The position numbers and the translations under genes were made by a program. Positions 26,128 to 36,538 of a DNA stretch of 64,000 nt are shown here, piece after piece; within the stretch, counting starts at the first letter, position 1; each line of letters starts with the position of its first letter. The notes under the pieces were generated by a model that ran no database searches, had not been told where the DNA came from, and saw nothing but the letters and a program-made list of their open reading frames with translations. The stretch comes from an uncultured Thermoleophilia bacterium (GTDB lineage: Bacteria > Actinomycetota > Thermoleophilia > UBA2241): NCBI GenBank assembly GCA_963702475.1, contig CAVPCT010000004.1, positions 32,001 to 96,000 of the forward strand, written 5' to 3'.

Positions 26128-27819
26128 ATGGCTAACGACAATCACGATAACAGCGTCGACTACATGGTGGACCAGGTGCGCAAGGGCAAGATGACGCGGC
26201 GGCAGCTCATCGCCGGCGCCGGCGCGCTCGGCCTGGGCGCCACCGCGATGGGCAGCTTGCTCGCCGCTTGCGGAGAGGAAGAGGGCGGCGGCACGACGGC
26301 CTCGCCGGCGCCGAGCGGCAGCGGCGCACCCGAGCCGGTCATGGGCGGCATGCTCACGGGTATCATCCCGCCGTCGATCACCGACATCGACCCGGTCACG
26401 ATCTACGACCAGGGCGGCATCGTCCTCGTCCAGCAGGTCTGCGAGTACCTCATCGCGCTGGACAACTCCAACGGCCTCAAGCCGGGCCTCGCCACCGAGT
26501 GGTCGGGCAACGAGGACGCCTCGGTGTGGACCTTCAAGCTCCGCGAGGGCGTCACGTTCAACGACGGCAGCCCGCTCGAGGCGGAGGACGTCGTGGCCAG
26601 CCTAGATCGGTGCGTGGACCCGGACAGCGGCTCCGGCGCCCTCGCCGCCCTGCAGGGCATCCTCTCCCCTGGGGGCACCAAGGCCGTCGACACCATGACG
26701 GTGGAGTTCGCCTTGGACAAGCCGTTCGCCGACTTCCCGTACCTGGTCTGCCAGTCGTCGTACAACACCTGCATCCTCAAGCGCGACTACGCCGGCGACT
26801 TCGCGAAGAACCCGATCGGCACCGGTCCCTTCATGGTCGAGTCGTACAACGCCAAGCAGAAGGCCGTGATGAAGAAGAACCCCACCTACTGGGGTACCGA
26901 CGCCAACGGCAACAAGCTTCCGTACCTCGACTCGGTCACCTGGGTCATGGTGCAGGACGAATCGGCCGCCAACCTGCAGCTGCAGTCCGGCGCCGTCGAC
27001 TTCCAGCCGCAGACGGTGTTCCAGGGCTCCCAGGCGCTGTTCGCCGACCCCAACCTGCGCGTGGACATCTACCCCGGCTCGGGCATCCGCGAGGTCGCCT
27101 TCAACCTCGAGAAGGAGCCGTGGAAGAGCGCGCCCAAGGAGCTCCGCCAGGCGGTGGCATGGTGCCTCGACCGCGAAGCCATCAACATGGCTCTTTACGA
27201 CGGCCGCAGCCTCCTCGGCCATGACACCTTCTGGGAGCCGACGGTGTTCCCCGGCAGCCCCGACGTCCCCGAGCCGCGTATGCAGGACTACGCCAAGGCC
27301 AAGGAGCTTCTGGCCACGGCGGGCTTCGCCGACGGCGTCGAGATCGAGCTGACGGTCGCCAAGTACCTCGAGAACCCGCAGCTGGCCCAGCTCATCCAGC
27401 AGCAGTGCAAAGAAGCCGGCATCACCGTCACGATCAACCAGATCAGCTACGACGCCTTCTACGCCGGTGGCGAGAACGACACGCCGTGGCTCAACGCCCC
27501 CATGGTCATCGTGGAGTGGGGCAGCCGGCCCACGCCGGGCGTGTTCGCCCAGGCCATGCTCATGCCGGGCGTCCCGTGGAGCTCGTCGCACTGGGACAAC
27601 GCCGAGTTCGCCAGCACGTTCGACCAGTACATGGCGACCACGGACGAGACCAAGCGCACGGAGCTGGCCACCCAGCTCTCCACCATCCAGCAGGACGACA
27701 CGCCCATCATGGTGCCGTTCTACATCACGCAGCTGCGCACGCAGAAGAAGAACGTGTTCGGCATCCAGGGACCCGGCAACTTCTACTGCATCATGTCCGA
27801 AGCCTTCATGGCGAGCTGA
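26128..27819 (+). CDS. ABC transporter family-5 solute-binding lipoprotein with Tat signal (paralog 2)
   Basis: MTRRQLI and LLAAC; clearly paralogous to 23947-25632. Confidence 0.9.
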   Translation: MANDNHDNSVDYMVDQVRKGKMTRRQLIAGAGALGLGATAMGSLLAACGEEEGGGTTASPAPSGSGAPEPVMGGMLTGIIPPSITDIDPVTIYDQGGIVLVQQVCEYLIALDNSNGLKPGLATEWSGNEDASVWTFKLREGVTFNDGSPLEAEDVVASLDRCVDPDSGSGALAALQGILSPGGTKAVDTMTVEFALDKPFADFPYLVCQSSYNTCILKRDYAGDFAKNPIGTGPFMVESYNAKQKAVMKKNPTYWGTDANGNKLPYLDSVTWVMVQDESAANLQLQSGAVDFQPQTVFQGSQALFADPNLRVDIYPGSGIREVAFNLEKEPWKSAPKELRQAVAWCLDREAINMALYDGRSLLGHDTFWEPTVFPGSPDVPEPRMQDYAKAKELLATAGFADGVEIELTVAKYLENPQLAQLIQQQCKEAGITVTINQISYDAFYAGGENDTPWLNAPMVIVEWGSRPTPGVFAQAMLMPGVPWSSSHWDNAEFASTFDQYMATTDETKRTELATQLSTIQQDDTPIMVPFYITQLRTQKKNVFGIQGPGNFYCIMSEAFMAS

Positions 27820-27849
27820 CCGGGCCAGGACTGATCCGCACCTTCTGAC

Positions 27850-27889
27850 CACGAGGCCCCCGGGACGCATGCGTCCCGGGGGCCTCGTG
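27850..27889. terminator. Perfect 40-bp palindrome between convergent genes, probable terminator
   Basis: CACGAGGCCCCCGGGACGCA|TGCGTCCCGGGGGCCTCGTG followed by CTTCTTCT. Confidence 0.8.
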
Positions 27890-27945
27890 CTTCTTCTCGG
27901 GTCCGGCCCTGCCGGGGTGTCGGTCTTGGCGCTCGGCCACCAAGC

Positions 27946-29394
27946 TCACACCCGTCCCAGAGCCTCAGCGTCGGCCACGATCCGTGACATGCCTGTCTCC
28001 ACATCGGCGGGCAGGGGCTCGGGGCGATGCTCTCTGAGCACACGCCGCGCCTCCTCAGACGCTCGCGCGTAGACGTCCGTCGCGCCGATGCTCACCCAAT
28101 CGTCGCGCACGCGGCGGTCGAGCAGAAGCGGCCGGCTCATCTCTCTCATATGGCGCAGTGTCGCGCCCAGGCTCAGGAAGTCGCCGAACGGACCGACGGC
28201 CTGGATGTCGGCCACGGCCAGCGCATCGTCGTCGGTGCGAACGCCGCCGAGGCAGTGGGAGATCATCCGCGCGAACTCCGCGTCCAGCATCAACTGCGCG
28301 AAATCGAAGGTGAGGCCAGCTTCGATCATGCCCATGCCGTAGATGACGTCGGCGCCGCTGAGAGCCGCCAGGAGAGCCGAAAGCGTCTTCTCGTGCCCGG
28401 TCTGCGCGTCCGACACCTTGCCGTCGCTGAGTCCGCCGGCGACCATGCTGGGCAGTCCGTGCCGCCGGGCAAGCTGTGCAACGGCGGCGCTGACGAGTGC
28501 GAGCTCAGGCGAACCCCCTGTCGCGGACCCGAACCGCAGGTCAAGTGCCGTGGAGGCGCTCCCGTACACCACAGGAGTGCCCGGCCCAGTGAGCTGCGCG
28601 AGCGTGACGCCGGCCAGCACCTCCGCCTCGTGCGTGACCAGGGTCCCGGCGAGGGTCACCGGGGTGGAGCCTCCGGCCATGGCCATTGAGACCACGTTGA
28701 CGCCGACACCATGGCGTGCGCCCGCCATGATGACCTCACAGCAGTCGGCGAGCAGCTTGAGCGGGCTCACCGGGCACACCAGGAACGACAGGAGTGAGCC
28801 TTCGCGTACGGCCTCCGGTGAGCCCAAGATGGCCCTCTGGAGTTCCACGATGCGCTCGGCAACGTAGCCGTTCTGCGCACCCAGGAACGCGTGCTTCGTG
28901 GTGTTGCGCAGAATGGCATCGGCGTTGTGCAGCGCCGCCACGTGCTGGGGCACGTCGTGGGGCACAAGAGCCCGCACGCACACGGCGGCCTCGTCGAGCG
29001 CGTCCACTGCACGCGCGGCCGTTCCGACGTCCGCCTTCGTGGATGGGCGGCGATCACCCGAGAACGGGTCCACAAGGCAGATGCCTTCGCCGAAGTTGGT
29101 GAACGTGACCGCGCCGTTCCCGAAGACGGCGTCGTGCGAACGCTCCCGACCATGGGCCACCACGCGCGAGGGAGCCGTCTGCAGCGCCTCGTCCACGACC
29201 GTCGCAGGGATGCGCACGATCCGCGTGCCTCGGTCCACGCGGCAGCCACGAGATGCGAAGATCTCGACAGCGTCCCAGGACTCCACGAACACGCCGGTGG
29301 CCTCGAGCACGTCGAGCGCAGCGGCCTGGATGCGACCGATGTCATCGCTGCCCAGCAGCTCGAAGAACGGACGGCGACCGCCCTCGCCACTCAT
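27946..29394 (-). CDS. MttB-family methyltransferase without pyrrolysine (Leu at the Pyl site)
   Basis: LPSMVAGG-L-SDGKVSDAQTGHEKT; close paralog of 10524-11951. Confidence 0.9.
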   Translation of the reverse strand: MSGEGGRRPFFELLGSDDIGRIQAAALDVLEATGVFVESWDAVEIFASRGCRVDRGTRIVRIPATVVDEALQTAPSRVVAHGRERSHDAVFGNGAVTFTNFGEGICLVDPFSGDRRPSTKADVGTAARAVDALDEAAVCVRALVPHDVPQHVAALHNADAILRNTTKHAFLGAQNGYVAERIVELQRAILGSPEAVREGSLLSFLVCPVSPLKLLADCCEVIMAGARHGVGVNVVSMAMAGGSTPVTLAGTLVTHEAEVLAGVTLAQLTGPGTPVVYGSASTALDLRFGSATGGSPELALVSAAVAQLARRHGLPSMVAGGLSDGKVSDAQTGHEKTLSALLAALSGADVIYGMGMIEAGLTFDFAQLMLDAEFARMISHCLGGVRTDDDALAVADIQAVGPFGDFLSLGATLRHMREMSRPLLLDRRVRDDWVSIGATDVYARASEEARRVLREHRPEPLPADVETGMSRIVADAEALGRV

Positions 29395-29503
29395 CACGAC
29401 GCGCGTTCGCCGCGCGGCCGGCCACCTCGCGATGACGAGGGACCATGCAGGCCGACCCGCACTATCCGCCGCAGCATAGCCGGTTCCGGTCTCCAGCTGC
29501 TGC

Positions 29504-30994
29504 TCACACCGCGCTTGCGGACAGAACGTCCGCGCACCCCAAGTCGCGTTCCGCCTTGCTGATGACGGCGCGCATCTCCTCGAGGGCGCCCTCGGGCAGC
29601 GGCGTTGGTACATGCGTATCGAGGATGCGCCTGGCGTGCTCGAGAGCACGATCGGCGACGTCTCTCGAGCCGTCGGCGACCCAGTCCTCGCGCACGCGGC
29701 GGTCCATCAGCGCCGGCCGGCTCTGCACACGCATGTGGCGCAGGGTGTCCTCGTGGCTGAGGAAATCGCTGAACGGGCCAACCTCGTGGATGACATCCAG
29801 GGCCATGGTCGCGTCGTTGACGGGCACGCCACCGACGCAGAACTTGACCAGGTCGGCGAACTCCGCGTCGATCACGAGCTGCGCGTAGTCGATGGTCATG
29901 GCGGTCTCGAGCATCCCCGCACCATAGATCAGGTTGGCGCCTGCCAACGCCGTCAACATGCCGGTGAGGGTCTTCTCGTGGCCGGACTGCTCATCCGTCA
30001 GCTTGGAGTCCGCCTACAACCCGGCGACCCAGCTCGGCAATCCGTAGTGCCGGGCGAGGCAGGCGATCGAAGCGTTGATGAGGGCGCACTCGGGACTGCC
30101 CACCGTCGCTGTTGCGGACCGGAGGTCCAGAGCCGTCGTCGAACTGCCGTAGATGAGAGAGGCTCCCCTGTGCGTCAACTGCGCCAGGGTGAGGGCCGAG
30201 AGCACCTCCGCGTTGTGCATGACGACCGCGCCCGCGAGGTTCACCGGCGACGAGCCCCCGGCCAGCGCCATCGAGACGACCGACGTCGGCACCCCCTCTC
30301 GTGCTCCCTCGATGAGAACGTCACACACGTCGCGCGGAAGCTTGAGCGGGCTTATCGGACAGACCACGTACGTGAGGATCGGACGCTCTCGCAGGCTCTC
30401 GGCGCCGCCCGCTATCGCTGCGGCCATCTCGCGCATGCGCGTGGCCAGATAGCCCGTGATCGGCCCGATGACGGCGTGCTTCGAGCAGTTGGCGAAGATG
30501 GCCTCCGCGTTGTGCAGGGGGCCCACCTGCTCGGGGACGTCGTGAGCACCGACGGGCCGCAGGATCGCGTCGATCTGAGGCAGCGCGTCGATGACCCGCG
30601 AGCAGTCGCCCACATCCCTCTTCATCGTCAACCGCCGCGCGCCGGTCTCGGGATCATTGACGAAGACGCCCTCACCGAAGTTGAGGAAGTTGACGCGGCC
30701 GTCCTCGAGCACCACGTCGTGCTTCGGGTCCCGGCCGTACATGATGAACTGTGACGGCGTCGAGCGTATGGCATCCTCGACCACGCAGCCGGGGATCTTC
30801 ACCACGCCGTCCGCCTCGACCCTGGCGCCCGCGCCGGCGAGGATCTCCTGGGCCTCCTCGGACTCGACGAAGACGCCCGTGCGCTCGAGCACCTCGAGTG
30901 TCCCGAGGTGGATATCCGCAAGCTCATCGGGCGTGAACACATCCAGACGCAGACCCCCGCTCGCGCGATGTCCCGCGTGAAGGCTGCGCTTCAC
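29504..30994 (-). CDS. mttB: Pyrrolysine-containing MttB family methyltransferase, copy C; in-frame TAG at 30016-30014
   Basis: GTG start at 30994 after AAAGGAGG. LPSWVAGL-TAG-ADSKLTDEQSGHEKT continues in frame to TGA 29504, and the TAG is again codon 327. Confidence 0.92.
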
Positions 30995-31072
30995 CGTGGC
31001 CACCTCCTTTCCAGGTGACTCCGCCTGCATCACGATGCCGAGCGCCCATCCTTCCGCCGACAACGAGTCCGC

Positions 31073-32440
31073 TCAAGTCAGGAGCCATGAAGGCACGCTC
31101 TCGCGAGCGAGCACGTCCGCGACGGTCTCTCTGCGGCGGACGACCGCCGCGCGCCCGTTCGACACCATCACGGTAGCCGAGCGGGGAATGGCGTTGGACT
31201 GGCAGGCGAATCCCTCGTTGTACGCCCCCATGTCCAGGAAGGCGAGCACATCGCCGATCCGCATCGCAGGCAGTTCGCGCTCTTTGACGAGCACATCCGC
31301 CGCGTTGCACGTCTGCCCGGCGATGTCGACGACCTCGGTGCCCTCACGGTTCGGGTCGTTGGCTATGACGACGTGGTGCACGCGGTTGTAGGGATCGAAG
31401 GGGTCGCCCATCTCGTTGGTGTTGCCGTCGACGTACACCCACTTCTTCTTGGCGAGGTTACGGTCGTCCTTGAGACTGCCGACCTTGACCACCCACATGC
31501 CGGCGCTGTCGACGCAGTAACGGCCGGGCTCGGCCAACAGGACAGGCACAGGGATGTCGTGCTCCTTGCACTTGGACACGATCGCGTCACTGATGACCGC
31601 GGCGTAGTCCTCGATGGAGGGGGGAGCCTCCTGCCCAACGCGCTCCGGGACGAAGCCGCCCCCGATGTTGAGGTACTGAGGAGCCCAGCCGAACCTCTTC
31701 TTGATGAGGCCGATCATGTCGATCAGTTCCTCGGTCTCCTCGCGGAAGTATCCCGCGCGACGTGGGATACCGCCGTGGTACATGACCCCTTCGAGCGAGA
31801 TGTTCTCCACCTCCAGGGCACGCTCGACCTCGGCGAAGTAGTTCTCGGGATCGAGCCCGAACTTGAAGGTCCGCTCCCAGTAGGTGGGGCTGATGCCCTC
31901 GGGATAACGCGGGTCCACGTACACGACTTCTTCAATGGCGTTCAGCGGCAAGCGGATCCGCAGGGACACACGCGCGGTCTTGCCCATGTCTCCCGCCAGC
32001 TCCACGACCTTCTCGAGCTCGTCCTCGTGGTCCACCTGGATCATGACGCCGGTGTCGATCGCGGCGCGCAGGGCATCCTCAGCCTTGTTGGCGCCGTTGA
32101 GCACGATCTTCTTCGGGTCGGAGCCGGCCATCATCGCCACCGTCAACTCACCCAGACCGAACGCGTCTCCGCCGGCACCCTCCTTGACGACGACCCGGCG
32201 CACGGCCAAGCCCCACTGGGCCTTCATGCCGACACACACGATCATCTCGTTGGGATAGTGGTCGGCGAACGCCTTCTGCATCCGCCGAACCCTGCTCCGG
32301 ATGGTGTTCTCGGAGATGACGAAGAGTGGGGTGCCGTACTGTTCTGCGAGGTCGACGACAGGGAACCCCTCGACCTCGAGCAGTTCGTCCTGGTTGACCC
32401 TGAGATACGGCCCGAGATCGGTCCACACGCTCGTTTCCAA
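31073..32440 (-). CDS. Fold-type III PLP decarboxylase (diaminopimelate/ornithine/arginine decarboxylase family), divergent
   Basis: YGTPLFV, GMKAQ (PLP Lys), KFG, LNIGGG, EPGRY, GQTCNAAD and MGAY motifs. Confidence 0.85.
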   Translation of the reverse strand: METSVWTDLGPYLRVNQDELLEVEGFPVVDLAEQYGTPLFVISENTIRSRVRRMQKAFADHYPNEMIVCVGMKAQWGLAVRRVVVKEGAGGDAFGLGELTVAMMAGSDPKKIVLNGANKAEDALRAAIDTGVMIQVDHEDELEKVVELAGDMGKTARVSLRIRLPLNAIEEVVYVDPRYPEGISPTYWERTFKFGLDPENYFAEVERALEVENISLEGVMYHGGIPRRAGYFREETEELIDMIGLIKKRFGWAPQYLNIGGGFVPERVGQEAPPSIEDYAAVISDAIVSKCKEHDIPVPVLLAEPGRYCVDSAGMWVVKVGSLKDDRNLAKKKWVYVDGNTNEMGDPFDPYNRVHHVVIANDPNREGTEVVDIAGQTCNAADVLVKERELPAMRIGDVLAFLDMGAYNEGFACQSNAIPRSATVMVSNGRAAVVRRRETVADVLARESVPSWLLT

Positions 32441-32507
32441 CGCTCTCGCCTCCTTCCAATCGCCGAAGCCGGCGCAACCAGGGCCGGTCGGCACGATCCC
32501 TCGCCGG

Positions 32508-33173
32508 TCAAGCGGCGTTTTCGGCCCTCTTCTCCGCGACAAGCTGCGCCGCGAGTGCGACGCCCTCTTCGGCCGTGCCGGCGTACCCGTCCGCACCGAT
32601 CTGCACGGCCCATTCCTGGGACACCGGCCCGCCGCCTACCATGACGATGTAGCGCTCTCGGACGCCCAGCTCCGAGAGGATCTCCACGACCTCCTTCTGG
32701 CTCGGCATCGTCGTCGTGAGGAGCGCCGACATGCCGATCAGGTCGGCGCCCACTGCTTCTGCTGCATCGAGATAGGCCCCGGCGGACACGTCCGCCCCGA
32801 GGTCGTGGACCTCGAAGCCGCGGACCTTGAGCAACATGGCGAAGATGTCCTTGCCGATGGTGTGCACGTCCCCGGCCACGGTGCCCACGACGGCGACCCC
32901 TGCGCGCTTCAGGCCTCCGCCCGCCTTCTCGATCTCCGGCTCCAGCACCTGCATGACGGCGTTGAAGGTGTCGGCGGCGGCGATGAGTTCGGGCAGGAAG
33001 CACTCGCCCCTCTGGAACCTGTCCCCGATGGCGGCCATCCCGGCGGACAGACCGTTCTCGACCGCATCCAGCGCGTCGTGGCCCTGAGCCACGACCTGTC
33101 GGGCGACGTCGACGGCGCGCTGCCCGTCCGCCTCGATGATCGCGAGTTTGAGATCCGCGTTGAGTTGGTCCAT
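32508..33173 (-). CDS. Methyltransferase cognate corrinoid protein (MttC/MtmC-like)
   Basis: GTVAGDVHTIGK (DxHxxG), MSALLTTTM, VMVGGGP and IGADGY motifs. Confidence 0.92.
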   Translation of the reverse strand: MDQLNADLKLAIIEADGQRAVDVARQVVAQGHDALDAVENGLSAGMAAIGDRFQRGECFLPELIAAADTFNAVMQVLEPEIEKAGGGLKRAGVAVVGTVAGDVHTIGKDIFAMLLKVRGFEVHDLGADVSAGAYLDAAEAVGADLIGMSALLTTTMPSQKEVVEILSELGVRERYIVMVGGGPVSQEWAVQIGADGYAGTAEEGVALAAQLVAEKRAENAA

Positions 33174-33300
33174 CTTCCTTCCTCTCAGGTGTCGGGCGCG
33201 GGTGCCGGCTCGGCGTCGGATCGGACGGCGACCAGGTGCGACTCGTCCCGCCCGCAGCCGGCACCCCTGGCCCGCACGACTCCGGGCTGTCGCTGCGTGA

Positions 33301-34674
33301 TCAGACCAGTCGGACTCCCACCTCAGCCAGCTCCCGTGAGACGGACTCGCGGAGACTGACGTACTCCGGGCTGGGCTGCTTGCGATGGATGTCCCAGCAC
33401 TCCTCGTATTTCTGGCCGATCGACGCGGTGGCCAGCGTGCCCTCGTAGCGGTCGAGCAGGCGCCGGACCACGTCGTTGGCCTCTTTGCGCGTCATCCCCA
33501 CCGCCCCGTGGGCCACGTCGCCTGAGAAACGGGGCTCGCTGGGCGTGAAGTGATCGACCTGGGTGCCCTTGGCGCTGCCCGTGGCGGTGACGTGGCCACC
33601 GGAGACGACCGTCGCCATCACGTCGGCAGCGTTCTCGTAGAAGAACATCTCCGTCATGGGACCGTGAGCGGTGTAGTGGTCGACGAAGACGGGGAAGTGG
33701 CTGTTGCGGGTCATGGCCTGCACGCTCACCGACTTGGCCCAGATGGTCTCTCGCGTGCTGGTGCACCCGAGGTTGAAGTGCGTGGGGAAGGTGAGGAGGG
33801 CGTCCGCCTGCAGTGCGATGATGCCGCTGAGGAGATAGGCGGCGTTCGCCACGGCGACGCCCTCCGGCCCGCCGCAGTAGCCGCCGAGGATGGGGGCGCA
33901 CTCCGCGACGAGTCCTCCTCCCGTGCCGATGACCCAGGCCGCCTCGTTCAGCCGCTCATAGCCGAGCTTGAACTCGGCGGTGTGCCCAACGACCCAGGTG
34001 TCGCGGGTCGTCAGGCCGAAGGAGCTGCCGGCGATCTTGGCGACGTCGGACCCGGCGGTCGCGATCGAGTTCATGATGGGCAGCCCGGAGCGGTTGCCGC
34101 GGCGCAGGGCGTCCTTGCCGAGGCCGGTGACCCGCATGGCTGCGATCACCTCGAGTGGAGTCCCGGTGCGGACAGCGCGTCCATTGAAGCTCGCCAGACT
34201 CGGAGCGGTGATCGAGTCGGCCAGCGGCAGATACAGGGCGTAGGCCTCCATGATGCTCGAGTAGAGCTCCTCAGTAGAGACCGGCGCCCCGAGAGCGCCC
34301 AGCCAGCACCACGGCCGGGTGTCCGAGTCCGGCTGCCGCGGCACGAGGGTGCGCTGCTCCTTGCCCTCGCCGAGGACGATCCGGGCCGGGGCATGGTCGA
34401 GCGCGTCCCTGAGCTCGTCGTCCGTGAACCTCATGATGCGCTGCGAATCCGGGCAGTACAGGCCCACGTCCCGGAACAGCTCGAAGCCCGCTTCGAACAC
34501 GCGATCGGCAAGATCGTCATCGTGCGGCACAGGAGTGGAGGGATCGTACCCGATGTCGTGCTCCGCCACGACTTCCTTGAGCTTCGGGACCAGGACCTTC
34601 ATGAAGAAGTCCATCTCTTTGCAGTACCGGCCGGTCATGGCGCGGTCGATGACCTCCAGATAGCTGATCATCAT
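33301..34674 (-). CDS. Monomethylamine methyltransferase MtmB-like protein lacking pyrrolysine
   Basis: 457 aa with DRAMTG, PILGGYCGGPEG, GCTSTRE, GPMTEM, GSAKG and GQKYEECWD matching MtmB. GNRSGLPI-M aligns to AGRPGMGV-O. Confidence 0.85.
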   Translation of the reverse strand: MMISYLEVIDRAMTGRYCKEMDFFMKVLVPKLKEVVAEHDIGYDPSTPVPHDDDLADRVFEAGFELFRDVGLYCPDSQRIMRFTDDELRDALDHAPARIVLGEGKEQRTLVPRQPDSDTRPWCWLGALGAPVSTEELYSSIMEAYALYLPLADSITAPSLASFNGRAVRTGTPLEVIAAMRVTGLGKDALRRGNRSGLPIMNSIATAGSDVAKIAGSSFGLTTRDTWVVGHTAEFKLGYERLNEAAWVIGTGGGLVAECAPILGGYCGGPEGVAVANAAYLLSGIIALQADALLTFPTHFNLGCTSTRETIWAKSVSVQAMTRNSHFPVFVDHYTAHGPMTEMFFYENAADVMATVVSGGHVTATGSAKGTQVDHFTPSEPRFSGDVAHGAVGMTRKEANDVVRRLLDRYEGTLATASIGQKYEECWDIHRKQPSPEYVSLRESVSRELAEVGVRLV

Positions 34675-34819
34675 GCCCCTCTCTCCTGGTCGGTCCTGGT
34701 CGCAGAGTGAACGTCTGTTCTCCCGAGGCCGGAGTGCTGAAGCTCCGGTCGCCTGGCCGCTACCCTGCTGGCTCCGTGCCATCGCAGCCTGCGTCTTCAG
34801 GGCCACCTTGGCGCCAGCG

Positions 34820-34848
34820 ATGCTATACACCAAACGGATGGTGGTCAA
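34820..34848 (-). promoter_or_regulatory. Promoter of the mtmB-like operon with a TetR operator in the spacer
   Basis: Minus-strand TTGACC-17-TAGCAT; CACCAAACGGATGGTG at 34828-34843. Confidence 0.75.
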
Positions 34849-35034
34849 GTGGGCGGGCCGGCAATTCCGCGCGGCGACCCCCGCGTCGTTCCGGCCGGGC
34901 CGCCCTCCCTCTGGGCGCTCTGAGGCGGGGAGCCTTGCTCGAGTGGCGACGGGGTTGGTACGCTGGCCAGGTCGTAGCCGGGTCCAACGTGCCGCTTGCA
35001 CGCCCGGGATCGCTCACGGAGGCAAGGAGGAGTT

Positions 35035-35670
35035 TTGGCAGTCGAGACACCGCCGGTGGATCCACTGGAGGACCTGCCGCCTACTGCCAGGCGAATCGTC
35101 GAGACGACCCGGCGCCTTCTGATCGAAAAAGGCTACGGCTACCTCAGCATCGAGAACATCGCCAACGAGTGCGAACTCAACAAGACGGCGATCCGCTACT
35201 ACTTCCGGAACAAGGCCGGGCTCATGGAGCTGGTCGTCGACGCCTGGATCTACGACAACATCCGGCATCTCGAATCCTTGTTCGCGATCCCTTCCGAACC
35301 TCTCCTGGGCAACGCTGACAGCGTGCACGCGTTCATGCTGGCCAAGCTGGAGATGATCAAGGACACGGAGACCTACCTGGCGTTTTTCGAACTCCTTCCG
35401 GCATCGCTACGGGATCGGCGGAACAGCGGCCGCATCGAGGATCTGTACGAATGGTCGGCGGAAGCCTATGTGCAGTTGTTCGCCTCGAGCCTTCCCGGCA
35501 TGGATGCGGCACAGATCAGGACCTTCTCCCGACTCCTCTTCGCGGTGGTCGACGGACTGGGTGCGCAGCTCGTGATCTCCTCGGAACGCTTTCCCCCGGA
35601 CCCGCCTCTCGACCTCTTCTCGGAGATCCTCATGGCGTGGGTGCGGTCTCGGCACACACAGAGCGCCTGA
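35035..35670 (+). CDS. TetR family transcriptional regulator (paralog 2)
   Basis: HTH nearly identical to 21547-22215 (LLIEKGYGYLSIENIANECELNKTAIRYYFRNK). Confidence 0.9.
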   Translation: MAVETPPVDPLEDLPPTARRIVETTRRLLIEKGYGYLSIENIANECELNKTAIRYYFRNKAGLMELVVDAWIYDNIRHLESLFAIPSEPLLGNADSVHAFMLAKLEMIKDTETYLAFFELLPASLRDRRNSGRIEDLYEWSAEAYVQLFASSLPGMDAAQIRTFSRLLFAVVDGLGAQLVISSERFPPDPPLDLFSEILMAWVRSRHTQSA

Positions 35671-35719
35671 TACGCGGGAGGGCTGCAGGGGACCCCGAAA
35701 CGAGTCCCTCCAGACCTGA

Positions 35720-35923
35720 ACGCCGGGCGTCCATGTGCAGGTCATGGTGCTTCCCTCGAGCACCTGCAACTCGGTCCACTGGGAGAACCCGCAGTTCGTC
35801 GACATCTTCGGCAAGTACATGTCGACGACAGACGAGGCCGCACGACTCCAACTGGCGACCCAGTTGTCGCAGATCCAACAGGATGACACTCCGATGATCG
35901 TCGCGTTCGTCGCCCAGTCCTGA
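35720..35923 (+). pseudogene. C-terminal fragment of a third solute-binding protein gene
   Basis: TPGVHVQVMVLP...HWENPQF..IFGKYMSTTDEAARLQLATQLSQIQQDDTP matches the C-termini of both SBPs. Confidence 0.85.
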
Positions 35924-36538
35924 CTCCTGCTGAAGTGACCGCCCGACCGGCGGAGGCAGGGGCGTAGAGAAGTGTGCCTCGCCCCGGACTCGGCCCCCAC
36001 GCCGGCGTCGTCGAGAACGCAGCTCACCGAGTCGAGGCGGGCGCGACGCACGCCCCTTCGTCCGCACGAGCAGTGGGACATCGAATCGGTGGGCAGCGCA
36101 ACGTAGAGAACAATCTTCGGAAGAATAGTCTCAGGACGAGTTGATATGCTGCACCTAGGTCGTCTTGAAGAACATCTGGAGTGCCTGATTGTGTCCAGCA
36201 ACTAACCACTCGTTCAACTCAGGAGTTGCCATCGGCGTTCGCGATGTGTATCGTGTCGCCGAGCGTCGCAGCGGCAACCCACGGTGGGCGACCGCGAGGC
36301 CGGCGACGTCCGCGGAATCCTGGCGATGTGGCGGGCACAGGGGTCTTGAGATTCATGCAGCACAGGGAGAGCAGGACCGACCGATGACCAGCGAGCGCGA
36401 TGCCTGCAGAACCGTCGCTCTCGTCACCCGACGGTGCGTGCGAAGCATGAAGGCGCACGCCACACGGCACTCCCGCCGTGAGTCGCCGTGGGTCACCAGG
36501 CCGATCGTCACTGAGCTGAGGGGCTGAGGGAGTCCGGG

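Noticed and set aside
36100-36260. AT-richer patch as a mobile-element end or ncRNA
   Set aside because: No terminal repeats, transposase or RNA motif; best explained as the permease promoter region.
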